Below are positions 7,931-15,482 of a DNA stretch of 18,316 bases, one piece after another. The DNA lies in the NCBI GenBank assembly GCA_045047305.1, contig JASFYO010000091.1, positions 1-18,316 on the forward strand, written 5' to 3'. The stretch is from Planctomycetota bacterium. Its GTDB lineage: Bacteria; Planctomycetota; UBA1135. A program made the position numbers and the translations under genes. Under the pieces are notes generated by a model that was not told the origin of the DNA, searched no databases, and saw only the letters and a program-made list of their open reading frames with translations. The stretch's first letter is position 1. The number at the start of each line of letters is the position of its first letter.

Positions 7931-9286
7931 TTGAACACAACTGTCCTCCTTGCGGTCTTGAAGGCCTCCGCGGATCTGACCGACGCGGAGCTCCCTCCCT
8001 CTGCCGCGGAAGTCGCTGCTCCCACCGACTTCCTGCTCCTATTACCCATCTTGCTAATTTTGATTGGCGCGATCCTGGGTGGACTACGCACCCTGTTGCA
8101 ATCGCCGGTGCGCCCGATGCTACTGGATGGCCTGGACGACACCATAGAGGAGCGGATTGAGCGGACATTAGAACAGCATCCCAGCCTTCCCTCGGCCGCC
8201 GGATTAGCACGCTTGTTCCTTCTGGCTGCAGCATCCGTCCTCCTCCTCAATGGCATAGCAAACCTAGAAAGCATTTCTCGCTGGGGCATTGGATTAATCA
8301 GCGCACTTTTTGGAGGGCTGATGTTGGAGGCCTTTCCAGCGTTAGTGCAACGTCGTCGCGCTCGCCGCTTTGTGCTTAGCCTTTTGCCGCTTGCCGTTGC
8401 ATTCACTTTTTTGCTGCGTCCACTCACCTTGGTTTTCGAACGACTACTCGCCCTAATGGGCGCAGAGCAAAACGACACCAGTACCACCGACCTCTCAACC
8501 AAGCTATTGGACGTAGCGGCGGAGCACTTACGCGCGAAAGAGCTCAGCGAAACCGAACAACACATGATTGGTCGTGTACTAGACCTTCCAGAAGCCGATG
8601 CTGCAAGCACCATGACGCCGCGCACAGCTTTGACTGCAGTTGCCCAAGACTGCAATTTGGCTGATTTCCTCAAGCTTGCCCTAGAAGAAGGCCATTCGCG
8701 GATTCCAGTCTATGAACAAAACCTTGACGACATCAAGGGTGTGATCTACCTCAAAGACTTGATGCAACTCACTGTAGAAGGCCGTGACTTAAAGCAGGAA
8801 AAGGTTTCGCAACACATGCGTGAACCCTATTTCGTGCCAGAAACAAAGTCGGTTCCAAACCTACTCGAGGAAATGCGGCAGCGTCGGATTCACTTGGCGG
8901 TGGTGGTCGATGAATACGGTGGCACGGCAGGCGTGGTCACCATTGAAGACCTGATTGAAGAGATTGTCGGCGAAATCAAAGATGAGCATGATGACAAAGA
9001 AGAATCCGCGGAGCTGGTGCGCGTGGATGAAAACAAGGTAGAGGCCGACGGCCGAGTTGCGATTTACGACCTCAATGAATTCTTTGGCAGCGACCTCCCT
9101 GAAGATGAAGACTATGACACCATTGCTGGACTCCTGTTCGACCGCTTTGGGCACATTCCGGTGGTCGGGGAAAGCCTCAAGCTAGACGGGTTGTTCATCG
9201 AAGTTTTACAGGCCGATGATCGCCGTATTCACCGCGTGCGCTTGACTCGTATCCAACCCGACGAGCAACAAGCCGAAGTCGCGTGA
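7931..9286 (+). CDS. Hemolysin-family / CNNM-CBS-CorC_HlyC membrane protein (Mg2+ transporter CorB/CorC-like)
   Basis: N-terminal TM segments; CBS pair (MTPRT, GHSRIPVY, GVIYLKDL, PYFVPETK, HLAVVVDEYGGTAGVVTIEDLIEEIVGEIKDEHD); CorC_HlyC domain (DYDTIAGL, GHIP). Start moved to in-frame TTG at 7931 to avoid overlap with the divergent gene; exact start uncertain. Confidence 0.9.
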   Translation: MNTTVLLAVLKASADLTDAELPPSAAEVAAPTDFLLLLPILLILIGAILGGLRTLLQSPVRPMLLDGLDDTIEERIERTLEQHPSLPSAAGLARLFLLAAASVLLLNGIANLESISRWGIGLISALFGGLMLEAFPALVQRRRARRFVLSLLPLAVAFTFLLRPLTLVFERLLALMGAEQNDTSTTDLSTKLLDVAAEHLRAKELSETEQHMIGRVLDLPEADAASTMTPRTALTAVAQDCNLADFLKLALEEGHSRIPVYEQNLDDIKGVIYLKDLMQLTVEGRDLKQEKVSQHMREPYFVPETKSVPNLLEEMRQRRIHLAVVVDEYGGTAGVVTIEDLIEEIVGEIKDEHDDKEESAELVRVDENKVEADGRVAIYDLNEFFGSDLPEDEDYDTIAGLLFDRFGHIPVVGESLKLDGLFIEVLQADDRRIHRVRLTRIQPDEQQAEVA

Positions 9287-10038
9287 AACGCATGTCTTCA
9301 CCGGGAATCGTATTGCGACGCTGGCCCTACTCCGAAAACTCGCAAGTCCTGCACGTGCTCACTCCCAAACTGGGTGCGATTTCCATCCTTGCAAAAGGGG
9401 TGAACCGCTTGAAGAGTGGGCAAATCGGTATCTACGACACCTGGGCTTTGGTTGAAATCGAGTTCGGTGGCAAAGATGGCGCTGAAATGTTCAACCTCTA
9501 CGCCGGCAAACTGCTCGATCGCATGTCTGGGCTTGCACGCGACACCAGACGTCTTGCCGCCGCCGGGGTCATGGCAGAGCTCGCAGAACTCGGTTCCCCT
9601 CCCGGACAGCCTGCACCGAGGTTGTTTTTATGGCTGCAACGATGGCTCCAGCACCTGGCGGAAGGAGCTGCCGTCACCCCGGTGCTGTGCGCCGCCATTC
9701 TCGAAAGCCTGGAGGAATTGGGTCTGCAACCAAACCTAGAATTGCCGCCAAGCACCCCTTCAGGCGCCATATTGTGGTTTTCTCCAGCAGCTGGAGGCCT
9801 GGTGGTGCCTCCAGCCGGACGTCGGCCAGAGCAGAATGCCCGACGCATTTCGAGTGAAGATTTGAGTTTGTTGCAAAAGTTACGCTGTCGGCCAGAATTC
9901 GCCCTAGAGGCGGGCTGCGAAAACACCGAAGGCTGCCTTACAATCTTGGGCGAATTCCTGCACTACCACCTGGAACGTCCGCCCAAAGCATGGCAACTCC
10001 TGCACCGGCAAAGCGGCGAACAGGTCCTCGGTCCGTGA
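9283..10038 (+). CDS. recO: DNA repair protein RecO
   Basis: N-terminal OB-fold motif GIVLRRWPYSENSQVLHVLT..LG.I..LAKG; LG..P.L and FSP..GG; C-terminal FL.YHLE; GTGA overlap with the upstream gene. Confidence 0.88.
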   Translation: MKRMSSPGIVLRRWPYSENSQVLHVLTPKLGAISILAKGVNRLKSGQIGIYDTWALVEIEFGGKDGAEMFNLYAGKLLDRMSGLARDTRRLAAAGVMAELAELGSPPGQPAPRLFLWLQRWLQHLAEGAAVTPVLCAAILESLEELGLQPNLELPPSTPSGAILWFSPAAGGLVVPPAGRRPEQNARRISSEDLSLLQKLRCRPEFALEAGCENTEGCLTILGEFLHYHLERPPKAWQLLHRQSGEQVLGP

Positions 10039-10955
10039 AGAAAACCACTCTCCATTTCCTTTTTGCTGCAACTCTGATTGGCTCTTGCGCCGGTCCGCCG
10101 CAGCAACTCTCCATTCACGATCTCGATGAGGCCCATCGCCTTGCCGATTTGGGCGACTATGATGAAGCTGAAGACCTCCTCGATAACTTCGAAACGGATG
10201 ACTTCGACCTCCCTACGCAACGTGATTACAATCTTCTTTATGGCCAGGTAAGCGATGAGCTGAACGATTGGAACACCGCCATTCGTTATTACGAAGCCTA
10301 TATGGCGCAGACCGGTCCCGCACAACGCGCACGCGAAGCCGAGCAACGCCTGCTGCATTACGGCACCGCGCTTCTAGACGGCGAGCTCAAAGTCTTCTGG
10401 TTCTTCAACGACCGCAGCCGTGGCGTCATCACTTTGGAGAACTTGGCTTTGCTCGGCAATGACCCGCACATGCGTGCCGAAGCGATGGCCCGGGTGGCGG
10501 AGTACCACTATGCGCAAATGGATTACGACGATGCCATGGTCTTCTACGCCGGACTGCTGCAGCCCGATTTTCAAGGCTTAGGCTGGGAAGATAGTGCTTC
10601 CTTCCAACTCGCCATGTGCCATTACGGATTGATCAAGCTAAAGAGCATCAACGGTCCTGCCGTACGCTTTGCCTTAGAGCAGTTCCGCGCTTACCTCGAG
10701 CAGTTTCCCGGTGGCTTGCATCGGGTGGAAGCTCAACACAAGTACGACATTTGCCGCGACTTACTGAGCCAGTACCACATCATGGTGGCGAAGTACTATC
10801 TGCGGATCGACAATACCTTCGGCGCACGTCATCACTTTGCACTTGCTGCAGGCGAGGCTTCCATGGGCGACACCTCCACGGTTGGGGTGGTTGACGGAAC
10901 CCCTTCCGCGGATAAGGCAAAGAGTCTCCTCGCAGACATGGACATCGATTCCTAG
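10035..10955 (+). CDS. bamD: BamD-like TPR lipoprotein (outer membrane protein assembly)
   Basis: GTG start overlapping the recO stop (GTGA); lipoprotein signal MKKTTLHFLFAATLIGS-C; TPR helices; BamD-like segment EQFRAYLEQFPG..HRVEA......RDLL..YHIMVAKYYLR. Confidence 0.7.
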   Translation: MKKTTLHFLFAATLIGSCAGPPQQLSIHDLDEAHRLADLGDYDEAEDLLDNFETDDFDLPTQRDYNLLYGQVSDELNDWNTAIRYYEAYMAQTGPAQRAREAEQRLLHYGTALLDGELKVFWFFNDRSRGVITLENLALLGNDPHMRAEAMARVAEYHYAQMDYDDAMVFYAGLLQPDFQGLGWEDSASFQLAMCHYGLIKLKSINGPAVRFALEQFRAYLEQFPGGLHRVEAQHKYDICRDLLSQYHIMVAKYYLRIDNTFGARHHFALAAGEASMGDTSTVGVVDGTPSADKAKSLLADMDIDS

Positions 10956-10963
10956 AACCTAGG

Positions 10964-11461
10964 ATGCGTTTTCTGCTCCTGCTTGCCTGCCTTTCCGCCT
11001 CCGTCATGGGATGCGGATATCGCATAATAAGCCCTGATGTCGGAGGTGGGCGCACAATTTCAGTTCCACCCACAGTCAACGCCAGCATTTGGTATGGGAT
11101 TGAAGTTGGCTTGACCCGCGAAGTCCGCGCCGACCTGCAACGGCAATTGGATATTCGCTTAGTCTCGCCGAACGGCTCCGACTTCACCCTCAATACCAAG
11201 ATTGACGACGTTGGGCGACGTGCGCGAGTGGCTTTGCGTTCTGGTGGCGCCGCACTCGGCCTTGCCCAGCTCTCTGTAAAGTGGGAATTCCTCGACGCTC
11301 AAGGTAAAGTTTTAGGCAGCGGTGTGATCCGGAGAAATCTCGAGTTCCTCACTGATTTGAATGAGGATGCCTATAGCGCCTTTGATGAAATCTTTGTCGA
11401 GATTTCGCAACAGATTGCCTTGGAAGTTGGTGCCTTATTAGCGCACCTTCCGCAGCCCTAG
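10964..11461 (+). CDS. lptE: LPS assembly lipoprotein LptE family
   Basis: Lipobox VMG-CGY; TISVPP..N.S...GIEVGLT pattern; 165 aa with C-terminal helix; follows the bamD-like gene. Confidence 0.78.
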   Translation: MRFLLLLACLSASVMGCGYRIISPDVGGGRTISVPPTVNASIWYGIEVGLTREVRADLQRQLDIRLVSPNGSDFTLNTKIDDVGRRARVALRSGGAALGLAQLSVKWEFLDAQGKVLGSGVIRRNLEFLTDLNEDAYSAFDEIFVEISQQIALEVGALLAHLPQP

Positions 11462-11465
11462 AGCC

Positions 11466-12224
11466 TTAGCCCCGACGCCCTTCCAAATACGCAACCGCAG
11501 TAGGATGTCCTGCGTTGTGAAACATGGCCTTGGCAGGGCCGGAACATAAAATCGTGCCCGCGCCATCTTGCACCCAGAACACCGCGAGGTAATCAGCAAG
11601 GCGCCGTGCTTGCGCAAGATTGTGGGTGACTAGACCAATGGTGTACTTTCCGCGTAGCTGCAGCACCAACTGCTCCACCACCTCCGACGCCAAGGGATCC
11701 AACGCGCTACAAGGCTCGTCTAAAAGCAGTACTTCTGGCTCCAACATCAACGCACGCGCGAAGCATAAACGCTGTTGTTGGCCACCCGATAGTTGCATCG
11801 CGCTTTGGTCTAAGCGGTCCTTTACTTCTTCCCATAAGCCCACGTCTTCCAGAGCACGGCGCATCCGCTGATTACGCTCTTCCTTCGCCCCCATATCATG
11901 CTCCTGCAGCGCCAAATGTAAGTTGCGACGCACCGACATCTGGAACGGATTTGGACGTTGGAAAATCATCCCGATACGCCGACGTAAAACCGGTGCACAT
12001 TTGACGTCGCGTAGAATTTCTTGATTGTCGAGGCAGATGCAGCCTTCGACCACCGCTCCAGGAATTAACTCAATGAGGCGATTCAAGCACAGCAGCAGCG
12101 AGGATTTCCCGCACCCAGATGGGCCGACCAAGGCTGTGACTTTGCCCTTGGGCATGTCTAAGTCCAAATCAGCAAGCGCTTGATGCTTGCCGTAACGCAA
12201 CTGTAACCCACGTACCTTAATCAC
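11466..12224 (-). CDS. pstB: Phosphate ABC transporter ATP-binding protein
   Basis: Walker A GPSGCGKS, LNR, LRRRIGMIFQRPNPF, LSGGQQQRLCFARAL, LLDEPCSALDP, VTHNLAQARR, terminal YLEGRRG. Confidence 0.93.
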   Translation of the reverse strand: MIKVRGLQLRYGKHQALADLDLDMPKGKVTALVGPSGCGKSSLLLCLNRLIELIPGAVVEGCICLDNQEILRDVKCAPVLRRRIGMIFQRPNPFQMSVRRNLHLALQEHDMGAKEERNQRMRRALEDVGLWEEVKDRLDQSAMQLSGGQQQRLCFARALMLEPEVLLLDEPCSALDPLASEVVEQLVLQLRGKYTIGLVTHNLAQARRLADYLAVFWVQDGAGTILCSGPAKAMFHNAGHPTAVAYLEGRRG

Positions 12225-13066
12225 AGACGCACCTCCTCATGAGCGCTGGATGCGGTGAGTTTTGCAGTGATGCTGTTGAATATGAGGAGGAGGATGACCA
12301 AGGTAGCGGCTGCAGCATAAGCGCGAACGTCGCCGGCTGGGACGTTCATCGCGAGATCGTAGATGTGCACGGCTAAGGATCGCCCACTGTCCTCCAATCC
12401 GCTAGGCATACGCATGACATAACCCGCGGTAAACAAGAGCGCAGCGGTTTCCGCGATCGCACGACCGATACCAAGCACCAATCCAGCCGCGATGCCCGGC
12501 GCGGCAGCTGGGAGCAGCAACTTATGAATCGTGGTGAAGCGGGACAAATCTAATGCGGCAGCACCGAGACGTACATCTTCTGGAACCGCACGCAATGCAG
12601 CTTCGGAGCTACGGATTAAAAGTGGAAGCACCATGCAGGCCAAAGTAAAGCCGCCAGCCCACAGCGAAAAACCCATGCCAAGATAGTGCGAGAAAAAGGC
12701 ATTGCCGAACAAACCGAACACAATGGATGGAACTGCAGCAGTGGCGTCGAGTGAGGCGCGTACTAAACGACCACCAGGTCCTTGCGCAAGCCGGCTCTCA
12801 CTCAAGAAAAGTGCACAGCCAATACCAATGGGGAGTGCCGAAAGTAGGCAAACCAGAAGTATCAGCAGCGTAGACACAAGAATGGGAGCTATGCCACCTT
12901 CACGCCCGGCGTTCACTGGGTCAGTAGTGAAGTACTCCCAGCTCCATTCGGGAACACCGTGGTAGATGACATCGCAGAGAACCCAACCTAGGGTGGAGGC
13001 CACGAGTAAGGCGCTAAACCAGGCCATCATCACCACCGGCCGGCCGCTAGAGAGCCAAAATCTCAT
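12221..13066 (-). CDS. pstA: Phosphate ABC transporter permease PstA
   Basis: GGIAP, AVPSIVFGLFG, LACMVLP.LIR..EAALRAVP, GIGRAIAETAALLFTAG, SLAVHIY; 4-nt overlaps at both ends. Confidence 0.92.
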   Translation of the reverse strand: MRFWLSSGRPVVMMAWFSALLVASTLGWVLCDVIYHGVPEWSWEYFTTDPVNAGREGGIAPILVSTLLILLVCLLSALPIGIGCALFLSESRLAQGPGGRLVRASLDATAAVPSIVFGLFGNAFFSHYLGMGFSLWAGGFTLACMVLPLLIRSSEAALRAVPEDVRLGAAALDLSRFTTIHKLLLPAAAPGIAAGLVLGIGRAIAETAALLFTAGYVMRMPSGLEDSGRSLAVHIYDLAMNVPAGDVRAYAAAATLVILLLIFNSITAKLTASSAHEEVRL

Positions 13067-13938
13067 TGCGAACCTCTTTGCATCTGCAAGCGCGGGATCA
13101 GGAATAAAATCACCGTACTGGTCAGGACCAGCCCACCAAAAAACAACGCGGAACGGTGCGCTTCATTGGCGTATCCAAGCTCCAACGCAATGTTTGCACT
13201 CAAGGTACGCACCGGCTGGAGTAGGTCATAAGGTGGCTGCACTTTGTTCCCGGCAATCATCAAAATAGCCATGGTTTCGCCTAGACCACGCGCCAAGGCC
13301 AGCAAAATCCCAGAACGAATACCTTGTGCCGCAGTGGGAAGTGCGATGCGTCGTACCACAGCACCACGAGATAAGCCGAGAGCGGTTGCACCGAGTAAAA
13401 CCGGAGCTGGGACCGCGCGCAAAGCCGCATGAGCGGTGAGCGCGATGGTGGGCAAAATCATCAAAGCCAAAACCAAAATAGCGGCCAGCAAACTTTGCCC
13501 TGGACCGCCGAGATTGCCTGAGATTGCAGGCACCAAAACCAACAGCCCCCAAAGGCCAAAAACCACCGAAGGAATACCAGCGAGCAACTCGATCAACCGG
13601 TGGAAAATCGGGGCCAACCATCGCGGCGCGAAGAACCGAGCAAAAACGGCGGCGCCCAGCCCAACAGGGGTAGCCAAAAGGAGAGCGCCAAAGGTCGTGG
13701 CCAAAGTCGCAAGCAACATTGGGGTTAGACCGAAAGACCCCGAGTTAGGGAACCACTCTCCGTCGCTAAAGAAGCGTGCGGCTCCAGGCGTATGGAAGGC
13801 TGGGCCAGCCTCTTTCAGCAAAAAGAGGAAGACCAGCAAGAAAACTGATCCAGCAGCAAGCGCGGCCGCAATCAGTCCCCAGCGCAAAACGCCATCAAGG
13901 CGTGAGCGGGGTAAATGAAAACGCACGAATCTGTTCAT
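13063..13938 (-). CDS. pstC: Phosphate ABC transporter permease PstC
   Basis: W.P..G.FG..P, IELLAGIPSVVFGLWG, LMILPTI, ARGLGETMA..M.AGN, VRTL.ANIALE, H.SALF. Start uncertain (ATG 13938 or TTG 13887). Confidence 0.92.
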   Translation of the reverse strand: MNRFVRFHLPRSRLDGVLRWGLIAAALAAGSVFLLVFLFLLKEAGPAFHTPGAARFFSDGEWFPNSGSFGLTPMLLATLATTFGALLLATPVGLGAAVFARFFAPRWLAPIFHRLIELLAGIPSVVFGLWGLLVLVPAISGNLGGPGQSLLAAILVLALMILPTIALTAHAALRAVPAPVLLGATALGLSRGAVVRRIALPTAAQGIRSGILLALARGLGETMAILMIAGNKVQPPYDLLQPVRTLSANIALELGYANEAHRSALFFGGLVLTSTVILFLIPRLQMQRGSQ

Positions 13939-14752
13939 TGGCTTCAGATGACATGACATAGACCAAGAATTCAGAAGCCAAGCCGACGGGCGCTTGCGTG
14001 GCCACCATATTCAAGGCACGGGTCATCGGGAAATTGCCATTCGCCACGCTTTCCGATGTAGCCTCGATTCCATCCAGAGCCAGAAGCTTTACCTTGACCC
14101 CATGCAAGATGTCTTCTTCGGCGGTACCGATAGAAACATAGCCTAGGGCGCGGCGGTCTCCAGCAACTGTTTTAATCACGTGCTCATTTTCGCCTGCCAA
14201 AATATCGGCCTGGATTTCTTGATTGGTTAAACCAAAGTAGTCCAAAAATACCTGCAATGTAGCGCGACCTTCCGCCTTGTTCACCACGATGATGCGTCCT
14301 GGATCACCACCGACCTCGGACCAATCTTCAATTTCACCGCGATAAATCGCCCGCACTTGGTCGGAGCTCAAATTCCGCACCGGATTTTCAGCATGGACCA
14401 TAAGACCAATGCCATCACGCGCTAGGGTCCAAGCCATCAAATCCGATTCTTCCGCGTAGAGTGCTCGCGAGACCAAACCAAAGTTGGAGACCCCACTACG
14501 TGCATCTGCAATTCCACGCCCGGATCCACCAGACTGCACATCGATACGTACTTGTGGATGCTTCCGTTCATATTGGGCGGCCAGCTCGGTCATCAGCGGA
14601 GCCAAGGTACTAGAGCCCGTCAACACCAAACGCGTCTCGGAATCAGAACGACTCCCGGCCTCTCCATCCGACTGCGAGCAGCCCATGAAAACAAGTAGCA
14701 GAAGTAGCCCAAGGGCTTGCAAGGAGATGAAGGACCGTGGGAACTTAGCCAT
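13895..14752 (-). CDS. pstS: Phosphate ABC transporter substrate-binding lipoprotein (PstS/PBP-like)
   Basis: Start at ATG 14752 gives lipoprotein signal ...LLLLLVFMG-C; TGSST..P, QSGGSGRG, VSR, ARDGI..VH..NPV, IYRGEI.DW.EVGG, LGYVS. Confidence 0.87.
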   Translation of the reverse strand: MAKFPRSFISLQALGLLLLLVFMGCSQSDGEAGSRSDSETRLVLTGSSTLAPLMTELAAQYERKHPQVRIDVQSGGSGRGIADARSGVSNFGLVSRALYAEESDLMAWTLARDGIGLMVHAENPVRNLSSDQVRAIYRGEIEDWSEVGGDPGRIIVVNKAEGRATLQVFLDYFGLTNQEIQADILAGENEHVIKTVAGDRRALGYVSIGTAEEDILHGVKVKLLALDGIEATSESVANGNFPMTRALNMVATQAPVGLASEFLVYVMSSEANEQIRAFSFTPLTP

Positions 14753-14813
14753 TGGAACGGGGTTCGCACACCCGCCAAGCTTGTGACACGGAAATTGCCC
14801 AGAGCAACTTTTT

Positions 14814-15275
14814 TTAGTAGGCAAAGCCAAGGGTATGGAGATCCAAACCAGTAAACACCATGAGGAAACTGAGAAAGGTCACAGTATGCACATACTTAGC
14901 GGCACTACGCAAAGCGCCATCCTCCTCGGCCTTCAACCGCGGGATGACCTTAGTTTTCATCTTAAAGGCCAGCAACACAATGATTGCCAGAAAGACCAGC
15001 TTGGTTGCAATATGGTCTTGGTTAGTATTCTGGAAAAGGAACCACTCTGCAGGATCTGGCACAAAACGCATGGCCAAGATTGGCCCAGTGAGGATCTGCA
15101 CGATCAAAGCAGGCATCCCAATTTTTCCGAAACGCGCTTCAAAATCCACCAACAGGCTCGGATCCTTATCCTTTTTAGCTTTGGGAAGGATGACAAAAGA
15201 GAGTACCACGTGGCCACCAAACCAGATGCAGGCGGCTAAAACGTGAAAGGCAAGCAGGATGGAATGAATCGGCAT
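14814..15275 (-). CDS. CopD-family-like 4-TM membrane protein
   Basis: From ATG 15275 (153 aa): FHVLAACIWFGGH...VILP, FE..F.KIGMPAL.VQILTG, KL.FL; four hydrophobic helices. Confidence 0.72.
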   Translation of the reverse strand: MPIHSILLAFHVLAACIWFGGHVVLSFVILPKAKKDKDPSLLVDFEARFGKIGMPALIVQILTGPILAMRFVPDPAEWFLFQNTNQDHIATKLVFLAIIVLLAFKMKTKVIPRLKAEEDGALRSAAKYVHTVTFLSFLMVFTGLDLHTLGFAY

Positions 15276-15345
15276 GAAAGGGCTCTGACGCGGAGAGTGA
15301 TAAGGATAACCGAAGGGCTGCACCGACTCGGCAGATGGGGCACTT

Positions 15346-15355
15346 GCTGTATCAT
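15346..15355 (+). promoter_or_regulatory. Putative ftsH promoter -10 (GCTG-TATCAT)
   Basis: Same decamer as 7890-7899, in the divergent intergenic region about 128 nt upstream of the ftsH ATG. Confidence 0.4.
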
Positions 15356-15482
15356 GCACCACTAGCCAGACGTCGTCCCCCCCCATCTTAGGTGACGGCC
15401 CTGGTAATCGGCGATTTCAGTCCTAATTAGGCCTTCCCGCCCATGGACTTCTCTTCGCTCCCCCGAAGTCCGCGCGTCATTC

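Noticed and set aside
7879..8673. 264-aa antisense ORF opposite the CNNM gene
   Set aside because: Ser/Arg/Ala-rich mirror of a Leu-rich sense frame; fully overlaps a well-supported gene.
10953..10966. TAGAAC-5nt-ATG before lptE as another leaderless promoter
   Set aside because: Lacks the conserved final T and the spacing is short; better explained by coupling to bamD.
14775..14800. Possible Pho box upstream of pstS (minus strand GTGTCACAA)
   Set aside because: Only one half-site; no second repeat at 11-nt spacing, so it is not called as a feature.
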